A stretch of 64,000 nucleotides of DNA from assembly GCA_044892525.1 (NCBI GenBank), contig CM097885.1, forward strand, positions 252,092,001-252,156,000, written 5' to 3'. Below, one piece after another: positions 27,501 through 39,055 of this stretch (the first letter of the stretch is position 1; each line of letters opens with the position of its first letter). This stretch comes from Schmidtea polychroa (Eukaryota). Under the pieces are notes generated by a model. It saw only the letters and a program-made list of their open reading frames with translations. It was not told the origin of the DNA and ran no database searches. The position numbers and the translations under genes are program-made.

Positions 27501-27719
27501 ATGGAACATCCTACCCCCGTCCACACTACATAAACCTCTACATGTGCAACTCACGCACACCCATGTCAATGCATGTGTGCACGATAGCAATTTTTCTTTT
27601 ATCAAACATATTGAATGTAATTTTTTATTCACGTCCGTTTTTTTATTTGGGGGGGCCAGACTTGCGTTTGGGGGGGGGGCGGGCCCTCCTGGCCCCCCCC
27701 CCCCGACGGTACGGGCCTG
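24509..27719 (-). mobile_element. Full-length hAT transposon (3211 bp)
   Basis: Perfect 8-bp TSD tagatgcg (24501-24508, 27720-27727); TIR cag-cccgtaccgt / acggtacgggcctg; GC-rich subterminal regions. Confidence 0.95.
24910..27228 (-). pseudogene. hAT transposase (TTF-type Zn finger, DUF4371, hATC dimerisation; ZMYM1-like) with a single in-frame TAG
   Basis: ORFs 25678-27228 and 24910-25665 share a frame (..NNS-TAG-QGQAMDL..); motifs FCFCCRKF, FTLKVDGTKD, SQCYDGAAVMSG, VHCFNHKLHLVV, TRLMEHRW, STVTCEATFSTL. Confidence 0.92.
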
Positions 27720-28004
27720 TAGATGCGTATATCTTTCTTAGTGCATTGCAGTCAGAACTACGGGACAAATGAAAAATACATCCGATTAGGTTTACATTCT
27801 TCAAAATTACAATTTTAAATTAATTGTGCTTTGGTATTTTAACCACAAAATATGTCATGTTATGTATAAATTGTTTGTTATAAGTAGGTTCAATTTGGAA
27901 ATAGTTTATTTATTATACATATGTCCCATTTGGATAAAACTTCTTTTTCAACCTTTGTTCATTTTTAAATAAATAGTTATACATGGCAGTGATTTAATAT
28001 TAAG

Positions 28005-28110
28005 AAAACGCCAATCAAACATTCTTTTCACGAAATATTTAGACAGTTTTCTTGTCATTATCAGGTGGGATATAATAACTATATAAATTAAAGATTTTAA
28101 ACAAATTTAT
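28005..28110 (-). mobile_element. Penelope-like 3'UTR fragment with inactivated hammerhead (28029-28067)
   Basis: Homologous to 45885-45990; the core reads CUGAUAA..UAAA (G8 and G12 mutated). Confidence 0.7.
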
Positions 28111-28977
28111 TATTTTTATTAATTATATAAAAAAATTTCATTCTTTTTAAAAATTAAAATTAAAATAAAAATTAGTTTTAAAATTTTTGCATTTATTTTA
28201 CAGGGCCTTTACTAGAACTTGAAATTTTATATGCTTGCGGAACCCTTTTAGAAAATTTTTTTCGCGAAACCCTAATTAACGTTTTAAAATGTAAGTTTAA
28301 TTAAAAAACCTTCGCATAACCCATTTTGAATACCAGTGCTCCAGTTATACTTATACCAAGGTTCATTTCAATGAACAAATGATAAAGATTTTGTCTGTAA
28401 ATATTTAATGTGAATATTTGACTCTTTTATAAAAACCAGACAAACCATCAAAGGAAATGGACAGTTCTTTCACAAATCTACCCTTTAGCAAACTAAGGTG
28501 GTCATGTTGTCGATTTAAATTATAAATTATTGTAAAATTTTCAAATTCCTGTATAACGTTGCAAGCCTTTATGGGAAAATTGCGCATAAGAAAATCCAAT
28601 AATAGATTCTACGCTTTATAATTACGCAATAAAATGTGTCTAGGAAAAATAGCGAATCATTACGCAATAGAACAGAACTGCGCCCTGAGTCCAATTACCA
28701 ACCTAAATCAAAAAATGCAAAAACTTTAATTTGCACTGAAAAATGTTATTCAATTATTTTACGGTTGAATTGCTGCCGATAAGAATGAAGCTGATGCGTG
28801 TATGTACGATTGCGGGGTGCGTGTATGTATAATGGATTTCATTGGTCAGAAATAATTTAGTAATATTTTCATCATTTGAAACAATTTTATTTCGATCATT
28901 TGTTTTAAACAACCACAAGTAAACAACAAATTAGTGACGGAAGAAATCCGCATTTAGAATCAAGGAAACACAAAATT

Positions 28978-31900
28978 ATGGGCGAAGCTCCGAAATACAA
29001 AGTCGAACGGCCGATTTATTCATATGCAACTTTTACGAATGATTATGCGGAGGTGGAAAAACCTTTTGACATACTGAAAACTTTAAATTACAAATCAAGA
29101 CTTAAACAGCTCACGTTTCCGATGGTACTTTATTATATTATGCCATTTCCATTCATTATGGCGTCTTTCTATAAATTCCGGTTCATTTTTAATGACATCA
29201 TTTCGGGCATTACGATGCTCGTGTTTCACATTCCACAGGGTAAATATATTTACTGTTGAATTTATTGTTGAAATATCTTCTTGGTTTATGAAGGAATGGC
29301 ATTCGGTTTGTTAACTGGAGTTCAGCCAATAAATGGTTTGTACGCATCGTTTTTCCCACCAATTATTTACTTCTTATTTGGAACTTCTCGCCACATTTCA
29401 CTCGGTATGTTTCCTAAATGATTCGTTGAAGGATCTTTTATGATTTTAACAGGAACATTCTCAATCATGAGCCTCCTATCAAGCGTTCCGGTTATGAGAG
29501 AGGCTAAAAGGCCACTTAATAACAGTTTGATGGTTAACGGTACAATGCCTCAAATAATGAGTTATGAGATGGTAAAATTGCAAATAGCTATCGCTACAGC
29601 TCTGCTGGCTGGAATTATACAGATTATAATGGGTTTATGCCAATTGGGATGTATCATGAATTATGTTAATATTACTTTGATTGGTGGATTTACAACGGCT
29701 ACGGCATTTCATATAATTCTTTCTCAACTTGGATCTATGCTGGGCTATTCTGTTAAGAGATATTCAGGAGTTGGTGAGTTACCCTACGTAAGTTCCTTTT
29801 ATTGTCTAAATTTGAAAATATTTACATGATTGAACCTTTATGATGGACATCCCATAATAGAAAAGAAAACTCCTGAGATTGATTCTGCCTAAAAATCAAC
29901 AGAAATATAAGAAATATGAGAAATCCTTGTAGGGAAATCCAATTGTCATCTCAAAGATAAATCAGAAATGTAATATAAAAGTAAAAAATGAAAACAACTG
30001 ACGCTTCAAGAGGGACAATATAAGCATATGCACTATCAAATAGAATGGTAAAGAAATAATATTACTTGATAACAGGCAGGGATTAAAATAAAATATTCTC
30101 ATTATATTTTGAAATATATAATCAAGGTAAACTATTTTGTGGTCAATTCTGATATTGTATAGAAGGGGGGGGGGTGTTGTTCTTTTTTGGGTGCCCCAGA
30201 ATCGGTCAACTGGGATTGTGTGTGTGTGTGTGGTTATTTGTTTTTTTCTTTGAGCTACCAGAAAATAGTTGAATCTAGATTTGGTTTTTGGAATTGTTTA
30301 GGAATCGTGTTTGTTTGTAATGATAGGATTTTTTGACAGGAATAAATATTTGGACGTCTCTGGTATTGTTTTTGGATTTAATTTGACTGTGGAAAATATG
30401 ATCAATCAAGATTGTGCTCTTGTGACTCTATGATGAAAATGTTTTAAATGATATCAACAATACCTAATAATTTATGAACCACCTTTATATTGGTATGATA
30501 TATAGATTTAACATTATAAGAGGGAGCAAGATTTAATTTTATTAGATCCTCATGTATATCATTATATAGGATTTACCAGTGTTGATAAGCTATTGAATTG
30601 TTAGAATTTAAATATAAATGCTATTAGAGTTTATAATGATTGGTATCAGTGGCGTAACTAGTGGACGCAGGACCCTGCGTTGCGGGGGCCCAAAATTATT
30701 ACTAAAAAATATTTACAATCATTTTCTGAAACTTTTCCCGCAGTTATATTTGCCTACAAACATAAAACTATCATTGAATAGCGACTGTTGTGAATAACTA
30801 TGTATTAAACTTTAACCGAAAAATTTAAGTGGAAATATTTTACATTGCGCGGGGGGCCCAAATTTTGAAGTTCCGCCACTGATTGGTATCCGATATGTTT
30901 ACATGGTTTCACATACCGTTTATCGATTTTTGTTAATTTGTTTATGATATAACATTACTAACATTACCAATCTATTGAAGCAGAATATACCGTAGTTCAG
31001 CATATATGGGAAAAAACTAACTGTAACTCGCTTTTGGATTACATGATGATTTATCTTAAATTAGATGTCATTTTACTTTCAGATTACTTGCAACAGTTAG
31101 GGAAAAATCAATAGTCCATAATTGATTAAAACTCTACCTTTTTAGGTATTCTGGGAATATTTTGTAATTCTGCTCTCATAGAAAATTCTATTGAATTACT
31201 CCAAAATATGGAAATTTATAATTTCTTTGAAGGTAAGATTCGCAGGGGTTTACTTTCTGTTAATAAACATCATGTAAAAAAATTGAAAATGTTAAATAAA
31301 ATAAAATTTTGGATGATTGTGTGAATGTTGAATTGGAACTGCTGACATTCGGTTATATCTTCCTGATAGATTTAAAAATACTTTTATATATTCACGATGA
31401 ATTGGACGAATTTTCCGTTACTACTGAAAAGATGTGTGCGTCCGGCTCAAAAGTGGAGGAGTTGATGCTTATGCACTATCCCAAGAAAAAATAATCCCAT
31501 GTAAAAGTAATAAATATTTATCGCAACATTCGATACAAGCAGCCTGCAATAATCAAGAGTTACATTGACACAAATACAAACTTAGAGTAGTATAACAAAA
31601 AACTCTTGATAAAAATATTTATTTAACTATGACAAATTTAGGAAAGCGTTTTAATTTAAGGTTGTGTATCTCTACCCAAAAACTTTAAACATATTGCACA
31701 AAACCAAAATTTTAAGAAAAGCAGTAAAAATATTTTTATTTTTAACTTTAATATTACATTTGTCTTTTATCTTTGAGATGACAATTGGATTTCGCGTACA
31801 AGAATTTTTTATATTTCTTAGATTTCTGTTGATTTTTAGGCAGAATCAATTTGATGAGTTTTCTTTCCTAATGCCCACCTTATGAATTTGTAGGCTTTTC

Positions 31901-34900
31901 AAAAATTAAAATATAAACATTTAAAAAAATTTTTAAATTGTCTATGTAAATAGTCATAGGAGACTTTTTTTAATAAATATTTTATGATATTACTTATTAA
32001 AAGAAGTTTCTATGAGCTAATTAAAGAAGCTTTAAAAATTTTTTTATTGTTTTGTTTTGAATTTTAAAGGAAATTTAATTTAAAAAGATTTTTTAAATTC
32101 TTCAAAAAATTTTATTTTGATTCAGTTTATTCTTTGCCAATGAGAAGTAAGAAAAAGGAAATAAAAGAGAAGATCAAAAAGCATTTGAAAATTGAAAAGT
32201 CCTATTTTTATAGTTGGAAATTCTTTCATTTTATTAAATATTAAATATAAGGTATACTTCGCAGCAAAAGGAATTTGATTTTTTTCAATCAAGCCATCTT
32301 GTATAGAATTAAATTCTACCTATACATTGTTTGAGTGAATTACAACCTTGAAACGACTGCGATGACGTAGTTTTTGTGAAAATTGAGAAACCCCACTGGG
32401 CTGGAGTCCACACATCTATTTATTTCTAGTACATAATATGCACAGAGGACTGAATATACTTAACCCTTTATAGGACAAATTAATTATTTTGGAATTTGAA
32501 TTTTAACTAATATATTTTAATATATTTATTGTCTAGATAAAATAAATTTGATAAATAAAAATAAAAGTATTTCTTAGTCCGTCATAAAAATCAAAGATTT
32601 CATCGGTTGATATATGGACCAAAGATTGTTTGGAGTCGTGTAAGAAATAAATTTATGTAATAAAAAAGAGATTTTGTACAAAATTTTATTACAAAAAAAT
32701 ATAAAAATTTCAAACCAGTATTAATTATATTTTTTTACTACCATTCTTGTGAAATGGTTCAAAATACAAAAGACACAACGGCACATTAAACTGTTTACAT
32801 ACACATACAGTTCTTTTTGGATCTTTTACAGTACTATAAAAGGCACTTACTTTAGTTATGTTGGCCTAAACAAGAGGATTTCGATGTAACAACGAGATAT
32901 TCACGCAGTTAGAACAATTAATTAACCAAAGAGCGTTCTCGACAAAGTAGTGAAGTATTAAAGTTGATGTTTATATGGGCAGTATTAGAAATATAGACCT
33001 TAACCCTCTCCGTATATTTGTCGAATATATTCGACATTAAAGCAAGATGTCACTTCCAGTTTCATAGGCCATTGCAAAAGTACATCGTTTTCACCGCGCA
33101 TTATGAAAAAGAAAACAGGAAGATGTGTCCCTTTTCCAGCTTTGAATCCATCGGGATGAAGCTGAAGGCACATTTTGTAACCGTTTTTGTGGGAATAGAA
33201 CGGGTCACTATAAATATCAGCATTATTTTTTACACGGAGAGGGTTAAAGCAACTGATTAACCGATTCCAGCCTTTGCCCTATAAAGGGTTAATAAGTACA
33301 TCTAGATACCTAAAATATTTTTACTGAGTTTAATTTGTTTTATTTTTATTTCAGAAATTATATTTATTTTTATCAAATATAAAAAATGTCCATCAAATCA
33401 CTTTGAGCCTGTCCATCAGTTGCTTGTTGATTTTGTCATTATTTACAGTATTTATCAATCCTGTTGTTAAAAAGAAGTTTGATGTCCCAATTCCTATTCA
33501 ACTGATTTTAGTAATTTTGGGTACAATAATTTCATACTTCGGCTCATTTGACAGCAAGTATTCAGTAAAGATTGTCGGAACCATTCCAAAAGGGTAAAAC
33601 AGTTTATTTCAATTAAATTAATTATTAAAAAAATTATTTAAATTAGTAATCAAATATTTTTGTGTAAATGCCATAATAGAAATTCTTATGTTGTGTTTTA
33701 ATTGTTTAAATTGTTATTAGATTTCCCTCACCGATGGTTCCAGATGTTAAAATATGGCCAAAAATTACTTTGGATGCAATCGCATTGGCAATTTTTGCTT
33801 TTGTTATGAATAGCTCTTTGGCAAGGATATATGCTTTGGAATTTGGTTATGATGTAAATTTTAATCAAGAACTTGTGGCATACGGATTATCAAATGTGTT
33901 TGGATCGTTTTTCCAATGTATTCCGACTTCAGCATCAATGACGAGAACTGCAGTCGTAGTAGATGTTGGCATGAAATCCCAGGTTATGTGGTTTACAATT
34001 TATTCATATTATTAAGGGCATGTAAAACGTTTAAAAAACGGTTCAAAACACTTGAATTTAGCCGACAAATTCACTTGAAAAAGCCAGTGCCGCAAATTCG
34101 TGAATATCCGAAACATCGATATATTTACTGATTCATAGTCAAGCATTTTAATAAATACAATGGAAAAGAAATCAGTGGTGAAATTGGAAAAAAATTTCTT
34201 ATAAGACAAACGGTATAGCCCTAAAAAGCAGAATAAATATAAAAATGAATTAATTTATATTGCAAATAAAAGTGAAGCATAAAATTTCGGCACCTTTGAT
34301 CTGAATTATAATTAAATTAAAACTAAATTATAAAGTATCTAAAATTTAATAATTAACCCTCTCCGTATATTTGTCGAATATATTCGACATTAAAGCAAAA
34401 TGTCACTTCCAGTTTCATAGGCCATTGCAAAAGTACATCGTTTTCACCGCGCATTATGAAAAAGAAAACAGAAATATGTGTCCCTTTTCAAGCTTTGAAT
34501 CCATCGGGATGAAGCTGAAGGCACATTTTGTAACCGTTTTTGTGGGAATAGAACGGGTCACTATAAATATCAGCATTATTTTTTACACGGAGAGGGTTAA
34601 TATTTAAAACAAAATATCTAATTCAAAGAATTCAATTATTATTTGCACAATATAATTTTGTTAGTAGTATAAATAATATGAAATAATAATTATAATTATG
34701 TTGCCGTAATTCATAAGATATTACAGATTTTATTCCAGATTTGATGTTACGTTTATTTTCGTTTACTTTTCCTCTATCTATCTGATATAAGCACGTGTTT
34801 TATCTATATTTTTTATTTTTTTTTGTTGTAGAAAATCTATTGCATGAAATACATGCATAGAAAAGAGTGTAATTTTAACATTTCGATTTTTTGTGTAGGG

Positions 34901-36692
34901 GGGGGGGGGCGCTGGATAATTTTACTGTTGTAAAGGAGGCGATTCTTTCAATATGGTTAAGAAACACTGATCTATCATATATGTTTTTATGTCTTACAAT
35001 TACTCAATTTTCAGAGAAAGCACAAAAATAAAACTTTTTGATTAGTTCGCAATATTCGTAATCATCAATAAATGATTGGTTGGGTTATATTATCAAAAGC
35101 TATCTTATTATATTATAAAGAAATTATTTTAAAAGAAACTGCAATCACTTAAAGTATTTACATTTAGTTGGCCAGTGTAGTATCTTGCATTCTGATGATA
35201 TTTGTGTTATTATTCATCGGACCTTTATTTGAGCATTTGCCGAAAGTAAGCATTCTTTCTTTCTACATTTTAATATCTTCATTAAAAATATTGATAATAG
35301 TGTGTTCTGGCAACAATTGTTGTGGCGTCATTGAAAGGAATCCTTTGGCGAGTCAAAGAGCTTCCTAAACTATATAGTTTGTCAAAACTTGATTTTGTAA
35401 GTGATATGATATTTAATTGAATAAGAAATTTTTCTTTTGTTTTAGGAAGTTTGGATCGTATCCTTTATGGCAACAATTCTTTTAAATGTACCTTATGGGT
35501 TATTTGTTGGATTCATATTTAGCTTGATGACAGTTTATATGAGGTTTCATAATCCAAAGAGTTCAATTCTTGGAAACATACCGAATACAAATATATATAA
35601 AAATATCAAGACTTACAAAGATGTATGTACTAGAAGATCAAAAGTTTATTATCATTATTGCTATTGCTTTCCATTTTCACCTCTGATTCCTTTTCAATTG
35701 ACATTGTATTTATTAAAAAATTGACTATGAATCAGTAAATATATCGATGTTTTTTTTCAAAATCACTTAAAAGAACCTGTTCCCAAAATTCGTGAATATC
35801 AAAAGAATACATCGATAAGACAATTTTTNNNNNNNNNNNNNNNNNNNNNNNNNNNNNNNNNNNNNNNNNNNNNNNNNNNNNNNNNNNNNNNNNNNNNNNN
35901 NNNNNNNNNNNNNNNNNNNNNNNNNNNNNNNNNNNNNNNNNNNNNNNNNNNNNNNNNNNNNNNNNNNNNNNNNNNNNNNNNNNNNNNNNNNNNNNNNNNN
36001 NNNNNNNNNNNNNNNNNNNNNNNNNNNNNNNNNNNNNNNNNNNNNNNNNNNNNNNNNNNNNNNNNNNNNNNNNNNNNNNNNNNNNNNNNNNNNNNNNNNN
36101 NNNNNNNNNNNNNGACAGTAGAAATACCAGGTATCAAAATATTTCGATATGAAGCTCCTATATATTTCGCTAATGCTAACCATTATCAAAATAAATTATT
36201 CAAAAAGGTTCGAGTTGACCCTCGTATTTTAACCGACCTATTGAGTAGTCCGAATTCGGAGGTTTACAAAACTAAAACCGAAACCTCAATGTTGCGTCCA
36301 GTGGAAAAACCATATAAAGTAATGAAAATGACTGGGATCGATGGCATAATTATTATTTTATATTTTAGGACTATGAGTCGAATAAAAATCTGAAATTCAT
36401 AATTCTAGATTTCCGGCCGGTCAACTACGTAGACAATGTTGCCGTTACAGTATTGAGCGAAGTTAGTCAAGTTTTGTAAATTGTATCATCTTTAATTCCC
36501 CCGGTTCAGATTTATAAACTGTACCAAGAGATAGGAGTCTTTGTGTACATTGCCGAACCAAATTTCAGTGTTAAAAGGTCTTTGACCAAAGCTGAATTTG
36601 CAAAAGATCGTATTGACAAAATAACATTTGTCTCAATCCATGACGCAGTTTTGAAAATTTTATCAACATTGATGTACCTTGACAAGATGTAA
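28978..36692 (+). CDS. SLC26 family anion transporter (prestin/SLC26A5-like), copy 2, complete
   Basis: Exons 28978-29239, 29294-29404, 29453-29787, 33355-33593, 33721-33982, 35168-35245, 35301-35396, 35446-35622, 36115-36318, 36369-36461, 36510-36692, all GT-AG (one acceptor partly in an N gap) and frame-consistent. Signature [47 protein letters not shown] motif and STAS domain present. Confidence 0.95.
30647..30881. mobile_element. hAT-type MITE
   Basis: TIR cagtggcgtaact / agttccgccactg; perfect 8-bp TSD attggtat. Confidence 0.9.
32464..33288. mobile_element. piggyBac-type MITE (outer), host of a nested MITE
   Basis: TTAA at 32460-32463 and 33289-33292; TIR ccctttataggacaaa / tttgccctataaaggg. 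Confidence 0.8.
33004..33243. mobile_element. 240-bp piggyBac-type MITE, copy 1 (nested)
   Basis: TTAA TSD; TIR ccctctccgt / acggagaggg; near-identical copy at 34357-34596. Confidence 0.92.
34357..34596. mobile_element. 240-bp piggyBac-type MITE, copy 2
   Basis: TTAA at 34353-34356 and 34597-34600; same TIRs and length as 33004-33243. Confidence 0.92.
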
Positions 36693-39055
36693 TACTTATT
36701 GTTGATTTTCGGTTAATATGAAATTAATGGTTANNNNNNNNNNNNNNNNNNNNNNNNNNNNNNNNNNNNNNNNNNNNNNNNNNNNNNNNNNNNNNNNNNN
36801 NNNNNNNNNNNNNNNNNNNNNNNNNNNNNNNNNNNNNNNNNNNNNNNNNNNNNNNNNNNNNNNNNNNNNNNNNNNNNNNNNNNNNNNNNNNNNNNNNNNN
36901 NNNNNNNNNNNNNNNNNNNNNNNNNNNNNNNNNNNNNNNNNNNNNNNNNNNNNNNNNNNNNNNNNNNNNNNNNNNNNNNNNNNNNNNNNNNNNNNNNNNN
37001 NNNNNNNNNNNNNNNNNNNNNNNNNNNNNNNNNNNNNNNNNNNNNNNNNNNNNNNNNNNNNNNNNNNNNNNNNNNNNNCGTGTGTTACTTATTATACGGT
37101 ATGTTTGTTATTGCACGACAATCTAAATATTGGATAAAACAAATAATCTTTTTTTAATTTCTTGTAAATTTTTGATCTTGGTATATAAATTTGAGCTGAA
37201 TAACAAGTAACCTGCATGATTGTTATTTGTTATTTATACGACATTGAGAAACGTACTATTTTGAAGCCTACATTGAAATACGCATTGAACGTTTTCTAAG
37301 CCTATTCGATATGCCCACGTAAATAGAATAATATATGGTAATTAATCAAGCGATGCATTCGCCAATATATTTTTATCCGTGATTACTTATGTTGAGATTT
37401 GTTCATTATAAGTAAAATATTTTAAAATATTTACTGAAAGAATTGCTTGGAACATATCTCTAAATACTCTTTAACATTTACATGAAATACTTTTACAACT
37501 CCTGTTATACATAGTAATGCAAGAGAACAAAACATTTTCAGCTGAAGACATTTATTCAGCAATGTAAATATTTGTAAACTATAGAACACCTTCCAACAAA
37601 TATACAAAAATAGGCATCGGTCTAACCATTAACATTAATATTTTCATCTTTCTCACTGTCAGAAATAAAATATAAATGTAGAATCGATTAATTTTTGAAT
37701 GAAATATTAAATAAACACAAAAAATGCAAAATGCAAAATGCAAAATAATAAATAAAAATTAATTTATATTAAAAAAATTCCAAAATCAATATTTCTTGTG
37801 AGAAAGAATGAGCAGGTAACCGAATGGAAAGTTAAAGACGAATATATTGATTTTAAATCAATGAGGGGTTCCCTGAGAACGTAATATCGAAAGTTAATTA
37901 ATTAAAATTGTTGGGGTTTAGTTTGTAAAATCAATAACTACTATCTGACTCTGAGCGTGTTATATTCAACAACAATAATGAATTCCGAACAATATATAAC
38001 TTTATTTAATTCCAGAAATTGTTATAAAATTATAATGACACCAGTTACTTATTGCAACTCAAATGTATTCGGGTGCTTAATTGGGAACATTTTTATTGTA
38101 CGGTCACTTAACTGCTGCTAGTGGCTGACACCATGCACAATTGATCCGGTTGCTTTCATGCCTTGACTCAGGACTTTAACAATTTATGGCTGTTAGTTTG
38201 ATTATCTCTGGCTTAATGATTTATTAATTATATTTCTTTTTAAAATTTAACAACTAAATTATCAAAAAATCAAATTAAATAACCTAGGAATCAAAAGAAA
38301 TAAGAATTATTTAAGAAACCAATTAAATAGCATAGAATATTTTAGAAAATGGCCATTTCCATGGTGGCGGCAAATTTGTATAATTTAACAAAAAATAAAT
38401 AAAATATAAAATTTAGAAGATAAAAATAATCATAATTTATAAAAAATCGCAAATTAGCGTAAATCACAATCACTATCCAGGATGGAGCTGCGAAGAGCTA
38501 ACGTTGATGTAAATCAGCCGACAATCTTCCCGATTTCCAAATAATTATGAAAAATGAAGCCAGCCGAATAAGTCTTGTCTGATTGAAGTGCGTGCCGATA
38601 AGAAATGAATTACCCACCATGGCACACATTACACGCAATCCGGAACCACTGACATGACAGGGGTAAGAATAGCAAATGCACCGCCAACTTAAACTGATAG
38701 CACACTTCAAATGCCAGAGATGATTCAGTACCGAGTCATTAACAAGACCTACACCCAGCAGAGAAGCCCATACACGCATCTAAGCACATCCTCGTAACAT
38801 CGCACACCAATCACCAATAGGCAGGGCCGCCGAGAGGACTTTTGGGGCCCGGGGATATACTTCTTGTGGGAGCCCCTGCTAAGAGCGTGAAAAAAAAATT
38901 TTCCCCTCGGACTTTGGGCTATTTATAAATGAAGCGGTAAACCGAAAAATATCCTAATTGTTATTAGAACAATGTATTCATCAATAATTCTCTTACAAAA
39001 ATGAAAACGTTTACAACTAAAATTACAAAAAAAAGTACAAAAAACAAATTATTTT

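Noticed and set aside
27650-27704. G/C homopolymer tracts as a G-quadruplex regulatory element (also 41930-41950)
   Set aside because: They are typical GC-rich subterminal sequence of these hAT families, and homopolymer lengths are unreliable.
23500-30440. LINE endonuclease remnants (FLHINVKS at ~23790, ILIDHIF at ~30400, minus strand)
   Set aside because: Plausible, but each rests on a single short motif in decayed sequence; too weak to list as features.
33018-34607. Two near-identical ORFs (33018-33260, 34371-34607) as duplicated small genes
   Set aside because: They are chance frames inside the two copies of the 240-bp piggyBac MITE.
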